From contig JASJDT010000021.1 in the NCBI GenBank assembly GCA_030065655.1, positions 1-63,130 on the forward strand: a stretch of 63,130 bases of DNA. The letters are read 5' to 3'. This document shows, piece after piece, positions 39,056 to 49,431 of the stretch (the stretch's first letter is position 1; each line of letters starts with the position of its first letter). The stretch comes from Desulfocapsaceae bacterium. Lineage in GTDB: Bacteria > Desulfobacterota > Desulfobulbia > Desulfobulbales > Desulfocapsaceae. Both the position numbers and the translations under genes were made by a program. Below the pieces are notes generated by a model. That model made no database searches and was not told the DNA's origin. It was given only the letters and a program-made list of their open reading frames with translations.

Positions 39056-40786
39056 TTATTCCTCGTCGTTCTGACTTCCCTCGGCAGCCGCTTTCAGCAG
39101 GTCTCCAAAAGTAGATGGAGTTGCATCCGCACCATTCTCCTCATTCTTCTTCAACTTTTCGATGGCCTGCTCCTCTCCTTCATCTTCTAGAGTTTTGATG
39201 GAGAGACCAATTTTGCGATCCTTAGCTGAAACGTTGATGACAATAGCTTTAAGTGTATCTCCGACCTGGTACATTCCAACCGGAGTCTTGACCTTATCCT
39301 TGCTAATTTCAGACACGTGCACCAAGCCTTCGATACCTTCTTCAAGCTTCACGAAGACACCGAAATCGGTGACATTGGTAATTTCTCCTTCAACGACGGT
39401 GCCGGAAGGATATTTATTATAGGCTTCCTGCCATGGATCCGGTACGAGCTGCTTCACACCGAGTGAAAAGCGCTCATTTTCCTTATCAATTTTCAATACC
39501 ACGGCCTGGATTGTTTCACCCTTGGCATATTTTTCGGAAGGGTGCTTGATCCGTTCAGTCCAGGAAAGATCGGATACATGAATAAGGCCGTCTATACCTT
39601 CTTCAATGCCGATAAACACACCAAAATCGGTTATGTTCTTGATTTTTCCTTCGATGATGGAACCAACCGGATAGTTCTCGGTGACCAGATCCCAAGGATT
39701 CTGCTGGAGTTGCTTCATACCAAGAGAAATTCGCTTGGTCTCCGGTTCGATGTTAAGAACCATTACCTCAAGCTCATCACCTACGGAAACGATTTTGGAA
39801 GGATGACGCGGCTTTTTCGACCAGGTCATTTCGGAGACATGAATAAGACCTTCCACACCTTCTTCCAACTCGACGAAAACACCGTAATCGGTAATGGAGA
39901 CTACTTTGCCCACGGTTTTCTCACCCACCGGATATTTCTCGGTTACGGTAGCCCATGGATCATCGCGAAGTTGCTTGACACCCAGAGAGACACGATCATT
40001 TTCACGGTCATATTTCAGCACCTTCACCTCGAGTTCCTGACCAACCTTATACAGCTTGGCCGGGTGAGAGACACGTCCCCAGGAGAGATCGGTGATATGA
40101 CACAGGCCATCCATGCCGCCCATATCGATAAACAGGCCGTAATCGGTGATATTGGTGATGGCACCGGTAATAATTTGCCCTTCTTCCAGTTGCGACCGCA
40201 TTTTCTCGCGAAGTTCTTTACGCGCTTCCTCAAGGATCGCCCTGCGGGAAATGACTACATTGTTGCGCTTTCTATTGAACTTAAGAATCTTGAATTCAAA
40301 CGTTTGACCAATGAGCGCATCCAGGTCTTTAACCGGACGAAGATCAATCTGCGAGTAAGGCAGAAAAGCAGGCACCCCAATATCGACTGACATGCCACCT
40401 TTGACACGACTTTCGATCTTACCTTCAATGGTACCGTCCGCTTCCTGAATCTTGGCAATTTCTTCCCACACTTTGATGGCAATTGCCTTTTCGCGGGAGA
40501 GTAACAGGCCACCTTCTTCCTTGCGGCGCTCCACAAAGACCTCGAAGGTGTCTCCTATTTCAACATTTTCATCATCTTCCAGGCGGAATTCCGACTTGGG
40601 GATATAGCTTTCCGCTTTATCACCAACATCGACGAGGAAATAGTCGTCTACAGAACCGATTATGGTTCCTATGGCAACATCGCCAACAGCTACGACCTTG
40701 TTGTTTTCCTCCATCTCGAAGAGTTCTGCAAAGCTTAACTCTTCTCCGCCTTTTTCCTGGGTTGATTGGTTTAGTTCATCTGTCAT
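39056..40786 (-). CDS. rpsA: 30S ribosomal protein S1
   Basis: Six S1 repeats (ITDYG.F, DGL.H..D.SW, SLG.KQL) and the ending TFGDLLK. Confidence 0.98.
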   Translation of the reverse strand: MTDELNQSTQEKGGEELSFAELFEMEENNKVVAVGDVAIGTIIGSVDDYFLVDVGDKAESYIPKSEFRLEDDENVEIGDTFEVFVERRKEEGGLLLSREKAIAIKVWEEIAKIQEADGTIEGKIESRVKGGMSVDIGVPAFLPYSQIDLRPVKDLDALIGQTFEFKILKFNRKRNNVVISRRAILEEARKELREKMRSQLEEGQIITGAITNITDYGLFIDMGGMDGLCHITDLSWGRVSHPAKLYKVGQELEVKVLKYDRENDRVSLGVKQLRDDPWATVTEKYPVGEKTVGKVVSITDYGVFVELEEGVEGLIHVSEMTWSKKPRHPSKIVSVGDELEVMVLNIEPETKRISLGMKQLQQNPWDLVTENYPVGSIIEGKIKNITDFGVFIGIEEGIDGLIHVSDLSWTERIKHPSEKYAKGETIQAVVLKIDKENERFSLGVKQLVPDPWQEAYNKYPSGTVVEGEITNVTDFGVFVKLEEGIEGLVHVSEISKDKVKTPVGMYQVGDTLKAIVINVSAKDRKIGLSIKTLEDEGEEQAIEKLKKNEENGADATPSTFGDLLKAAAEGSQNDEE

Positions 40787-40892
40787 GGATTACGCTCGTT
40801 ATAGACCAGAGGCCAATTGGGTTGAGATTCATCTGTCCCCTTCTCGCACAGGGGCGTTCAATTTATATTCACGCTCCTTCAGCCAAAGGAGC
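40787..40892 (-). promoter_or_regulatory. Structured rpsA 5' leader (two hairpins with AU-rich linkers, no clear SD)
   Basis: Hairpins at 40873-40892 (gctcctt/aaggagc) and 40837-40854 (cccct/agggg). The sequence just before the ATG is tataacgagcgtaatcc. Confidence 0.5.
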
Positions 40893-41343
40893 AATTTGCG
40901 AAACTATAAGAATACAACATATAACAAAATATAATATCTATGACAAGCTTTTCTTAGGGTGATGCCAGTACCAAGATAAATATCTATTTTCGCCTGTCAA
41001 CCAATGGGAAAAGGGCTAAAGTTTTGTGTTGAAAGTTTTTCAGCTGTAGCTCTCATACAGCTTGTTCTTACATTTGGACGACACTAAATTAATCCCTCAT
41101 CTTAACCATTGTCCCAATGATAAACACGATATACATTAATACAATTATTCTTTGTTATTCTTTGTTAAACTCAAATTGAATTCTGTTCCGTAGCTCGAAG
41201 GAGATATCTGTGCCCCCGACATCCTGTAGCAACATTCTATAATTGCAGAGAAAATCGCTGAACACGAAAACTATTTACGAACAAGAATCCAATTATTTTT
41301 GAAAACCCTTTAGATTCAGCAAAAATACAACAAAGGAGGAGTA

Positions 41344-41862
41344 ATGGAACTATCAGGAAAAAAAATAGCTATCCTCGTAGAAGAGCTCTTTAATCTTTTT
41401 GAATTCTGGTATCCCTATTATCGCCTAAAGGAAGCTGGTGCGGAGGTCATCGTTGTCGGTTCCGGTAGAACTGAGGAATTCACTGGCAAACCGGGTTCGG
41501 TCGTCAAGGCTGACATAGCTGCCGGCAATGCCAGCGCCGACAATTTTGATGCCATCGTGATTCCAGGCGGCTATGCCCCGGATATGATGCGCCGCTATCC
41601 CGCCATGGTACAACTTGTCAAGGATGCTGATGCCAGTGGCAAAGTAGTCGCCGCTATCTGCCATGCCGGCTGGATGCTAGCTTCCGCTGATATTCTCAAA
41701 GATAGAAAGGCAACGTCGTTTTTTGCAATTAAAGACGATATGATCAACGCCGGTGCCAAATGGGTTGATGAACCGGTGGTAATAGATGGCAACCTGATAA
41801 CCAGCAGGAAACCCGATGATATGGTTTTTTTCCTACCAGCCATCATCAAAGCAATGCAATAG
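41344..41862 (+). CDS. pfpI: PfpI/DJ-1 family (type 1 glutamine amidotransferase-like) protein
   Basis: IPGG.APD, AAICHAGW, GNLITSR.PDD and an AAGGAGG RBS. Confidence 0.9.
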   Translation: MELSGKKIAILVEELFNLFEFWYPYYRLKEAGAEVIVVGSGRTEEFTGKPGSVVKADIAAGNASADNFDAIVIPGGYAPDMMRRYPAMVQLVKDADASGKVVAAICHAGWMLASADILKDRKATSFFAIKDDMINAGAKWVDEPVVIDGNLITSRKPDDMVFFLPAIIKAMQ

Positions 41863-41866
41863 TTGA

Positions 41867-42291
41867 TTATTCTTCGCTGACGGTTGGCAATTTCTTGCGA
41901 TGCCATACAGCAATTCCGCCGGCAAGGTTGTAAATTTCTTTGAATCTTTTTTCTAAAGCAGCTTCGCCGCAATAACTCTGCGGCCACCTACGGCACAATG
42001 GAGTAAAACAGGCTGCTCGGCTGAGAATTCGACCTTGCCACGAAAAACATCTGTAAGCAAAATATGCAGGAAACGTTCAATAGACCTGCGCTTCCGCTCC
42101 CGAGCCGTCAGTACATCTATAATAACAAGAGCAGGTCGTTGGTTGATGAGTTTTTGAGCTTGCAGCGGCATCAGATTGATATTTCCAGCTACCTGCTTTC
42201 CCTGCTGCTCTGCGATAGAGTTAGGTGTGTAGAGAGATATCAAGACAACACCCACCAACATTCCTAGCAGATGCTTAGCATACTTTTACAT
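41867..42291 (-). pseudogene. Rhodanese-like exported protein, pseudogene
   Basis: ATG 42291 is followed at once by TAA. There is an in-frame TAG at 41953-41955, then a frameshift into FKEIYNLAGGIAVW...LP. The active loop HCAVGGR is intact, but DVRT has decayed to DVLT. Confidence 0.75.
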
Positions 42292-42323
42292 GGCTATTAT
42301 CTCTAAATTATGAAAAAAATTAT

Positions 42324-43874
42324 TTATTTATCTTTTTCTGTCTTATAACTCCCTGCCTTCCGCCTTCGGGGTCTGCGTCGAGATTGACTTCGCACCTTTT
42401 CCAGGACAGGTTTGTTCTCAACCGTACCTTTGGGAGGAGGAGCCAATAATTCTTCATCCGGAAGGCTGCATTCGAGTTTTCTGCCAAGACATTCCTCGAT
42501 TTCCGGGATGACAAAGCTCTCTTCTTCGCAGGCAAAACTCACGGAAACACCTTCTGCTCCTGCTCTGCCGGTCCTGCCGATGCGGTGAACATAATCCTCC
42601 GGCTCATATGGCAAAGTATAATTGATCACATGGCTAATCCCCTCGATGTGTATACCTCGACCGGCAACATCTGTAGCCACCAGAATCTGGGTTCGTCCGG
42701 AACGAAAATTCTCCAGCCGCTTGGTCCTCTTATCCTGCGGAATATCCCCGGTAAGCAGGGTGCAATTGATGCCATTTCGACGCAACCGTTCATGGAGTTT
42801 TTTGGCCTCCACCTTTTGATTGGCAAAAACTGCCATCCGATTGTCCTTATTCTTCTTGATAAGGTTATAGAGGATGGGATATTTCTCCTCACTGGTAACC
42901 AGAAAGACTTTTTGCTCAACACTTTCCACTGCCACCTGCTCCGGTTCGATGGAAACGCTGACCGGTTTGGTGCACCATTGGTAGGCAAGTCTTTTCACTT
43001 CTTCGGTGATGGTTGCTGAGAACAATAATGTCTGCCTTTCCTCTTTCTCGGGAAGACGTCCAACAATGCGGCGCACATCAGGGATGAACCCCATGTCCAG
43101 CATACGATCCGCCTCATCAATCACCAAGGTATTACACCTGTTCAGTTCAATCACCTTCTTGGTGCAGAAATCGAGAAGCCGTCCCGGTGTGGCAACGATG
43201 ATATCGCACCGCTTTTTCTGGACAAAATCCATCTGCTTCTGATAATCCGTGCCACCATAAACTGCGGCAATTCGGATATTGGTATATTTGCTGAGCTGTC
43301 TGCCATCTTTGGCAATCTGGATGACCAATTCTCGGGTCGGAGCTATGATCAGGGCCTGCTCATTTTTACCTGTCTCAGCATATTTGTTTCTTAATAATCG
43401 TGAAAGAATGGTGATGAGAAAAACAGCGGTCTTGCCAGTTCCGGTATTGGCATGGCCAATGAGATCTTTCCCCTCAAGCAGATGCGGCAGAGATTCTGCT
43501 TGAATCGGAGTGCAGTAGCGAAAATTTTGATCGGCAACTGCATGCATCACCGATAACGGAATATCAATATCATGAAAACGAACCTTTCCCGGTACTGGCT
43601 CCACCGGGAAGTCTTCTATCCGCCACTTTTTTTTCTTGGGTCGCCGGGTTTTCCTCAGACTTTTCTGAAAATTGGACGATTGACTTGAATCCCGCACGCC
43701 AGAGCGTTCGGTTTGCCTAGCAGGACGTTGATCTTTCCCGATTGAACCGGCAGCTTCTTCTGCACCAAGTTCATTAGCAGAGCTTTCGGGAGAGCCAGCT
43801 CCCTTTTCTTCCTGGCGTGTTGCCGACGCTCTCCCCAGCCGAAGCCGGACCAGCTTAATGAACCGTTTTATCAT
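42324..43874 (-). CDS. DEAD-box ATP-dependent RNA helicase (RhlB-like)
   Basis: CTPIQA, TGTGKT, PTRELV, DEAD, SAT, HRIGRTGRAG, with a basic N-terminal extension. Confidence 0.93.
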   Translation of the reverse strand: MIKRFIKLVRLRLGRASATRQEEKGAGSPESSANELGAEEAAGSIGKDQRPARQTERSGVRDSSQSSNFQKSLRKTRRPKKKKWRIEDFPVEPVPGKVRFHDIDIPLSVMHAVADQNFRYCTPIQAESLPHLLEGKDLIGHANTGTGKTAVFLITILSRLLRNKYAETGKNEQALIIAPTRELVIQIAKDGRQLSKYTNIRIAAVYGGTDYQKQMDFVQKKRCDIIVATPGRLLDFCTKKVIELNRCNTLVIDEADRMLDMGFIPDVRRIVGRLPEKEERQTLLFSATITEEVKRLAYQWCTKPVSVSIEPEQVAVESVEQKVFLVTSEEKYPILYNLIKKNKDNRMAVFANQKVEAKKLHERLRRNGINCTLLTGDIPQDKRTKRLENFRSGRTQILVATDVAGRGIHIEGISHVINYTLPYEPEDYVHRIGRTGRAGAEGVSVSFACEEESFVIPEIEECLGRKLECSLPDEELLAPPPKGTVENKPVLEKVRSQSRRRPRRRKAGSYKTEKDK

Positions 43875-44058
43875 TGGAATATGCCTTTAAAACCACGAAT
43901 AATAAAAAAACACGAGAAACTTGGCCGATAAGACCAGTATACGCACGACAGACAGCAAGGAGGAAGAACCCTATCCCTGAAATCAGCGGTGAGATTAGCT
44001 ACATTATACCGCCTAAAAAATAGTCATCATAGCCTAAACGCCAATGGCTAACAATGTG

Positions 44059-44766
44059 CTATTTGCCCTGCAAACGAAGTTCTTCAGTGATCGGCCCGAA
44101 AAGCTCTTCGTACTCTGGTATGGCTTTTCGGATTATAACATTGAAAAAGGGGATTTCCTTTTCGTTGACGACGAGGTTGGCGGAATAGGCCAGGGCTTGG
44201 AGATTGTAGAGTGTCTGGAAATCCTTACCAATGAGGGTATAGAAAATAAACCGTCTCCGATCCATATTCATATCACACATATAACGGTGAAATATGGAGC
44301 TATGCAAAGTTTCTCCCTCGTACTCCGAGTGCATAACCACAGCGGAGTATTCGACAAACTGCATCTTTTCCATGGCATCTCTGCTATCTTTGACAATCTC
44401 ACTTTTATAGCCAATGCCTTCAATGCTCTCGATGATGGAATCTCTATTTGGCGAATCCTCCATGAGTACCAGAGCGAGGGGTACATCCTCAATGACATCC
44501 TCCTGGTCGAATACCCCATCTTCAAGCCAAGAAATATCAGGCGCTGCCGGAGGCTTTACCTTGGCAGTGGCAGAACTCACCAGGGGTGTTTGCTGCGGCT
44601 GCTCAGCCTGGTTAGCAGAGAGGATGGAGCTATCAAGAACAATTGGTTCTTCACATCCGGGACATTTTATCCGAATGGTTTTTTCGGGTCCGAGTTTCTG
44701 GATGCTAGCCAACATTTTTGGGCTGAGTTTCAACTGCTTGGCGCACGCATGACATTTCGTGATCAT
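44059..44766 (-). CDS. Zinc-ribbon domain protein with a degenerate receiver-like C-terminal domain
   Basis: CHAC...KCPGC, then ALVL..D, GY.......DAMEKM...YSAVV, RRFIFY.LIG..F.T. Confidence 0.7.
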   Translation of the reverse strand: MITKCHACAKQLKLSPKMLASIQKLGPEKTIRIKCPGCEEPIVLDSSILSANQAEQPQQTPLVSSATAKVKPPAAPDISWLEDGVFDQEDVIEDVPLALVLMEDSPNRDSIIESIEGIGYKSEIVKDSRDAMEKMQFVEYSAVVMHSEYEGETLHSSIFHRYMCDMNMDRRRFIFYTLIGKDFQTLYNLQALAYSANLVVNEKEIPFFNVIIRKAIPEYEELFGPITEELRLQGK

Positions 44767-44831
44767 TTTTTCCTCTTGGTAACAAGTGTCTCTAAATGAT
44801 TCGTATTCTTGGCCGGCCTGGGGACAGGAAG

Positions 44832-46004
44832 CTAATAACCGCCGTGAATATTATCCTCTTCTTCCATAGCCAGTCCGCTCAGTGAGGTTGTTGCTTCGCC
44901 CCGTTGGGCTTTGATCTGATCGATACCGCGATGCATCTCATTACGCTGCGAACAACTTGCCATGGCAGTCTGCTCGGTGATGATACCATCGCTGTACAGC
45001 TGAAGCATATGCTGGTCAAAGGTCCGCATCTCAAGGGCTGAACCATTCTTTATAACATTGTAGAAGGTTTTGTCTTCCGTCTCACCATTAATGATAAGAT
45101 CCTTGACTCGCAGGCTCGTACAGAGCACCTCCATTGCCGCGACCCGGCCACCACCGATACGGGGCAGAAGGCGCTGAGAGACTATCCATCTGATTGTATC
45201 AACCAGTCGGTTGCGTATCTGCGGCTGCTCTTCCTGCTCAAACATACCCAGAATACGGTTAATGGTCTGACCAGCATCAATGGTGTGCAGGGTGGAAAGC
45301 ACCAGATGACCGGTCTCGGCTGCGGTAAGGCCTATTTCCATGGTTTCCCGATCACGCATCTCACCGACCAGAATTACCTTGGGCGCCTGGCGGAGAGCTG
45401 CCCGCATGCCGCTGGCAAAACTGCTGAAGTCGTTGCCAAGTTCGCGTTGGTTAAAAGTCGCTTTTTTATGGGGATGAACATATTCGATGGGGTCTTCGAG
45501 GGTAACGATATGCACCGCTTTATTTTCGTTTATCCTGTTGAGCAAAGCCGCCAGTGAGGTGGTTTTACCGGTACCGGTGGCACCGGTGAACAGAATGAGT
45601 CCGTTCAGTTCCGCCGCCATTTTTTCAAAGGATGTTGGAAACTGCATGTTTTCAATGGTGGGCACCTGAGTTTCCAGTTTACGCAGAACCGTGGTGAAGC
45701 AACCCTTCTGGGTAAAAATATTCACCCTGAACCTGGCCTTGTCTCCCAGAGAGTAGGAAAGGTCGCAGGACCCGTTCTCCACCAGGTCGGTCAGCAAGCG
45801 TTTGTTGTTGCCGATCAGATTCATGGCAAAGGCCTCGGCCTGAAAGGGTGTGATCTCATTAACCGGCGGTGAGACCTGAACCGGGATCAATACGCCGTCC
45901 GCCTCCACTTGCAGGGATTTGCCAACGGTTATATTTAAGTCGGAAACGTTTTTATGCGCTGCCAACATGGTAGTTATCCAATAATCTATTTCCGGTTTTT
46001 TCAT
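44832..46004 (-). CDS. PilT/PilU family type IV pilus retraction ATPase
   Basis: GATGTGKTT, TLEDPIEY, QRE.G, GEMRD, HLVLSTLHT. ATG 46004 has a GGAGG RBS. Confidence 0.92.
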   Translation of the reverse strand: MKKPEIDYWITTMLAAHKNVSDLNITVGKSLQVEADGVLIPVQVSPPVNEITPFQAEAFAMNLIGNNKRLLTDLVENGSCDLSYSLGDKARFRVNIFTQKGCFTTVLRKLETQVPTIENMQFPTSFEKMAAELNGLILFTGATGTGKTTSLAALLNRINENKAVHIVTLEDPIEYVHPHKKATFNQRELGNDFSSFASGMRAALRQAPKVILVGEMRDRETMEIGLTAAETGHLVLSTLHTIDAGQTINRILGMFEQEEQPQIRNRLVDTIRWIVSQRLLPRIGGGRVAAMEVLCTSLRVKDLIINGETEDKTFYNVIKNGSALEMRTFDQHMLQLYSDGIITEQTAMASCSQRNEMHRGIDQIKAQRGEATTSLSGLAMEEEDNIHGGY

Positions 46005-46152
46005 GTTTCCTCCTGAAAAAAGTGCAAACCCCCCTTCTTTCATAGTATATTGTCGCACACGCTCCAAGAAAATCAAAACATCATATCATATGATTGCATC
46101 CCCTTACCAGTAATTTTGTTCCTGCTGGTTCAAACTTAAGAGGTTAAAAAAT

Positions 46153-47985
46153 ATGGCAATAACATTACGCAGTGCAACAACAACCATCGGCCGAAAAATG
46201 GCGGGTGCCCGCAGTCTCTGGCGAGCCAACGGCATGACTGAAGAACAAATCGGCAAGCCGATCATCGCTATTGTCAATTCCTTCACCCAGTTCGTCCCCG
46301 GTCATGTCCATCTCCACGAAATTGGCCAGCACATTAAAAAACTGATCGGCGAACAGGGCTTTTTTGCCGCCGAGTTCAATACCATCGCCATCGACGACGG
46401 CATTGCCATGGGCCATGACGGCATGCTTTATTCATTACCTTCACGCGAACTCATTGCCGACAGTGTCGAATATATGTGTAATGCCCATACCGTCGATGCC
46501 ATGATCTGTATAAGCAATTGCGACAAAATTACCCCAGGCATGCTGTTGGCGGCAATGCGCTTAAATATCCCGACAATATTTGTTTCCGGGGGGCCCATGG
46601 AAGCTGGTACGGTCGGCAAGAAAAAATATGACCTGGTGGATGCCATGGTCATGGCGGGCGACAGCGAAGTGAGTGATGCCGAGATTGATGAGGTTGAGCG
46701 CAGCGCCTGCCCAACCTGCGGGTCCTGCTCCGGCATGTTCACCGCCAATTCCATGAACTGTCTCAATGAAGCGCTTGGCTTGGCCCTGCCCGGCAACGGC
46801 ACCGTGGTTGCAACCCATGCCAACAGAGTGGCGCTTTTTGAAAAAGCCGCCCGCCAGATCGTCGCCAATACCAAGGCTTGGTATGAGGATGAAGACAGCT
46901 CGGTGCTGCCGCGCTCAATCGCCAGTAAGGCCGCCTTCATGAACTCCATGACCCTCGATATAGCCATGGGCGGTTCAACCAACACTGTATTGCACCTGCT
47001 CGCCATCGCCAATGAAGCCGGGGTGGACTTTACCATGCAGGACATAGACGCGCTGTCTAGAAAAGTTCCCAACCTCTGCAAAGTATCACCTTCTTCTTCA
47101 TATCATATAGAAGATGTCAACCGGGCCGGTGGCATCATGGCAATTATGGGAGAGCTTGAGCGAGCCGGACTTTTAGACACATCGGTTTCCCGAGTTGATG
47201 CCAAGAGCCTGGCCGAGACCTTGGCAAGCTTTGATATTCAGGCAGAAAAGGCAACGGTAGAGGCCCAAAAGCTCTATCTGAGTGCACCAGCAGTTGCCGG
47301 CAGAAATCTGGTCATGGGATCACAGAACACCATGTATCAGGAGCCCGACCTTGACAGGGAGAACGGCTGCATAAGGGATATGGAACATTGCTACAGCAAA
47401 GATGGCGGTCTGGCCGTGCTGTATGGCAACCTGGCTGAAAACGGCTGCATCGTCAAAACAGCCGGAGTTGATCCATCGATTTTCCAATTCACCGGTACAG
47501 CGAGGGTTTTTCCCTCACAGGAAGCCGCCTGCGATTTCATCCTCGACGGCACGATCAGCGCTGGCGACATTGTCGTCATCCGCTATGAAGGCCCCAAAGG
47601 TGGACCAGGAATGCAGGAAATGCTCTATCCAACCTCCTATCTCAAATCCAGGCATCTTGGCGAGAAATGCGCCCTGATAACCGATGGTAGATTTTCAGGA
47701 GGTACGTCCGGACTCTCCATCGGCCACGTGTCCCCCGAAGCAGCTGCCGGAGGAACAATTGCGCTGGTCAAAGATGGTGACAGAATTGAAATTGATATAC
47801 CGGCCCGCAGAATTCATCTGGCCGTCTCCGATGATGAGTTGGCCTACAGAAGAAGTGAGGAGGAAAGCAGAGGTGAACTCGCTTTCACCCCAGCAGGAAG
47901 ACAACGAACAGTCTCCAACGCACTGAAAGCCTATGCTCTTTTTGCCACCTCGGCAGATAAAGGTGCGGTACGCCAAATAGACTGA
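46153..47985 (+). CDS. ilvD: Dihydroxy-acid dehydratase
   Basis: [43 protein letters not shown]. Confidence 0.97.
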   Translation: MAITLRSATTTIGRKMAGARSLWRANGMTEEQIGKPIIAIVNSFTQFVPGHVHLHEIGQHIKKLIGEQGFFAAEFNTIAIDDGIAMGHDGMLYSLPSRELIADSVEYMCNAHTVDAMICISNCDKITPGMLLAAMRLNIPTIFVSGGPMEAGTVGKKKYDLVDAMVMAGDSEVSDAEIDEVERSACPTCGSCSGMFTANSMNCLNEALGLALPGNGTVVATHANRVALFEKAARQIVANTKAWYEDEDSSVLPRSIASKAAFMNSMTLDIAMGGSTNTVLHLLAIANEAGVDFTMQDIDALSRKVPNLCKVSPSSSYHIEDVNRAGGIMAIMGELERAGLLDTSVSRVDAKSLAETLASFDIQAEKATVEAQKLYLSAPAVAGRNLVMGSQNTMYQEPDLDRENGCIRDMEHCYSKDGGLAVLYGNLAENGCIVKTAGVDPSIFQFTGTARVFPSQEAACDFILDGTISAGDIVVIRYEGPKGGPGMQEMLYPTSYLKSRHLGEKCALITDGRFSGGTSGLSIGHVSPEAAAGGTIALVKDGDRIEIDIPARRIHLAVSDDELAYRRSEEESRGELAFTPAGRQRTVSNALKAYALFATSADKGAVRQID

Positions 47986-48037
47986 TAATAGGCCTATCCC
48001 AAGTGTAGCAACTTCATGACATCTGAAAAAGGCTTCG

Positions 48038-49306
48038 ATGGATAGCGCCTCCAAAACGCCCAATAGCTCAATTCTGGCTAGGATGCCTGTGCATTACGGC
48101 TGGATAGTGATGCTTGCCGGCACCTTGTGTATTTTCGGCTGTCTCGGTCTGGGCAGATTCTCGCTGGGAATGCTGTTGCCAGCCATGGGAGAGGCTCTGG
48201 ATCTAAATTATATCCAAATGGGGTTCATCTCAACGGCCAACTTTGTCGGCTACCTTGGTGCTGTTCTGGTGAGCGGCCGGATCATGGCCGCCATTGGTGG
48301 CAGAAATATCGTCGCCGCAGGTCTCTTGCTAGTTGCCCTGTCGATGCTGTTGATCAGCAAGGCCCAGACCATGGCCGTCATTACCGCACTTTACATTCTC
48401 ACCGGCATTGGCAGTGCACTGGCCAATGTGCCGATTATGGCCCTTATTTCCATCTGGTTCAGCCAACGCAGCCGGGGGAAGGCTGCTGGTTTTGTAGTCA
48501 TCGGCAGCGGTTTTGCAATTATACTCTGCGGCCGACTCATTCCCTATCTCAACAGTCTCCACAATCAAGGTTGGCGTACAAGTTGGACGAGCCTCGGCTT
48601 GATCGTTTTGGCATGCAGTCTGATCTGTTTCCTTATCTTGCGCAACAGTCCGGCGGACATAGGTTTGCAGCCGGTGGGCAAATCCCCAACAACTGCCGCC
48701 GAACCAGAAAGGGAAACCTCGGCAGATACATTACCAATGTTTTCCCGCATCGTCCTGCACTGTGCCGCCATCTATTTTCTTTTTGGTTTTACCTATGTTA
48801 TCTATGTCACCTTTATAGTTACCTCGATGATCGAAGATAGAGGCTATGCTGAATCGGCAGCCGGTTTGTTCTGGTCACTTGTTGGTCTGCTCAGCCTCAT
48901 ATCAGGCCCGGTACCAGGAATCTTCTCCGATAAGTTCGGGCGAAAGGCAGCACTCACCGGGGTGTTTTTCATCCAAGCTACTGCCTACTTGCTGGTGGCC
49001 CTGCCATTGCCTGATCTGTTTCTGTTCATCTCCATCGGCTGTTATGGTATCGTTGCCTGGAGCGTACCTTCGATCATGTCTGCACTGGTTGCCGATTATG
49101 CAGGCCAGCAAAGAATTGCCGCCATTTTTGGCTTTGTTACCTTCATTTTTGGTATCGGCCAAATCTGCGGGCCATACCTTGCTGGTCTTTTAGCAGAGCG
49201 GACAGGTGACTTTTCAGCGAGTTTTTTGTTGGCCTTTTCCCTGGCGTTGACCGGCTCTGTCCTCTCTTTTCTCCTCCCCACGCAAAAGAAAGAGCCCATA
49301 ACCTAG
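48038..49306 (+). CDS. MFS transporter (YbfB/YjiJ-like)
   Basis: About 12 hydrophobic segments, GLGRFS, GYL.G, SDKFGRK. Confidence 0.88.
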   Translation: MDSASKTPNSSILARMPVHYGWIVMLAGTLCIFGCLGLGRFSLGMLLPAMGEALDLNYIQMGFISTANFVGYLGAVLVSGRIMAAIGGRNIVAAGLLLVALSMLLISKAQTMAVITALYILTGIGSALANVPIMALISIWFSQRSRGKAAGFVVIGSGFAIILCGRLIPYLNSLHNQGWRTSWTSLGLIVLACSLICFLILRNSPADIGLQPVGKSPTTAAEPERETSADTLPMFSRIVLHCAAIYFLFGFTYVIYVTFIVTSMIEDRGYAESAAGLFWSLVGLLSLISGPVPGIFSDKFGRKAALTGVFFIQATAYLLVALPLPDLFLFISIGCYGIVAWSVPSIMSALVADYAGQQRIAAIFGFVTFIFGIGQICGPYLAGLLAERTGDFSASFLLAFSLALTGSVLSFLLPTQKKEPIT

Positions 49307-49431
49307 AAAAACTGATCAAATAATGCACATTTCAGCGAAAAAACAACTTCACAACCTGTGGTGAATGTGATTAGAATATCTCTGTGTCCAAGAACACCTA
49401 GCAACAACAATTTTTTTTATGGAGATTTACC

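Noticed and set aside
41145-41167. 10-bp tandem repeat ttattctttg x2.3 upstream of pfpI
   Set aside because: It could be a regulator box, but it is short and in AT-rich DNA, so chance cannot be excluded.
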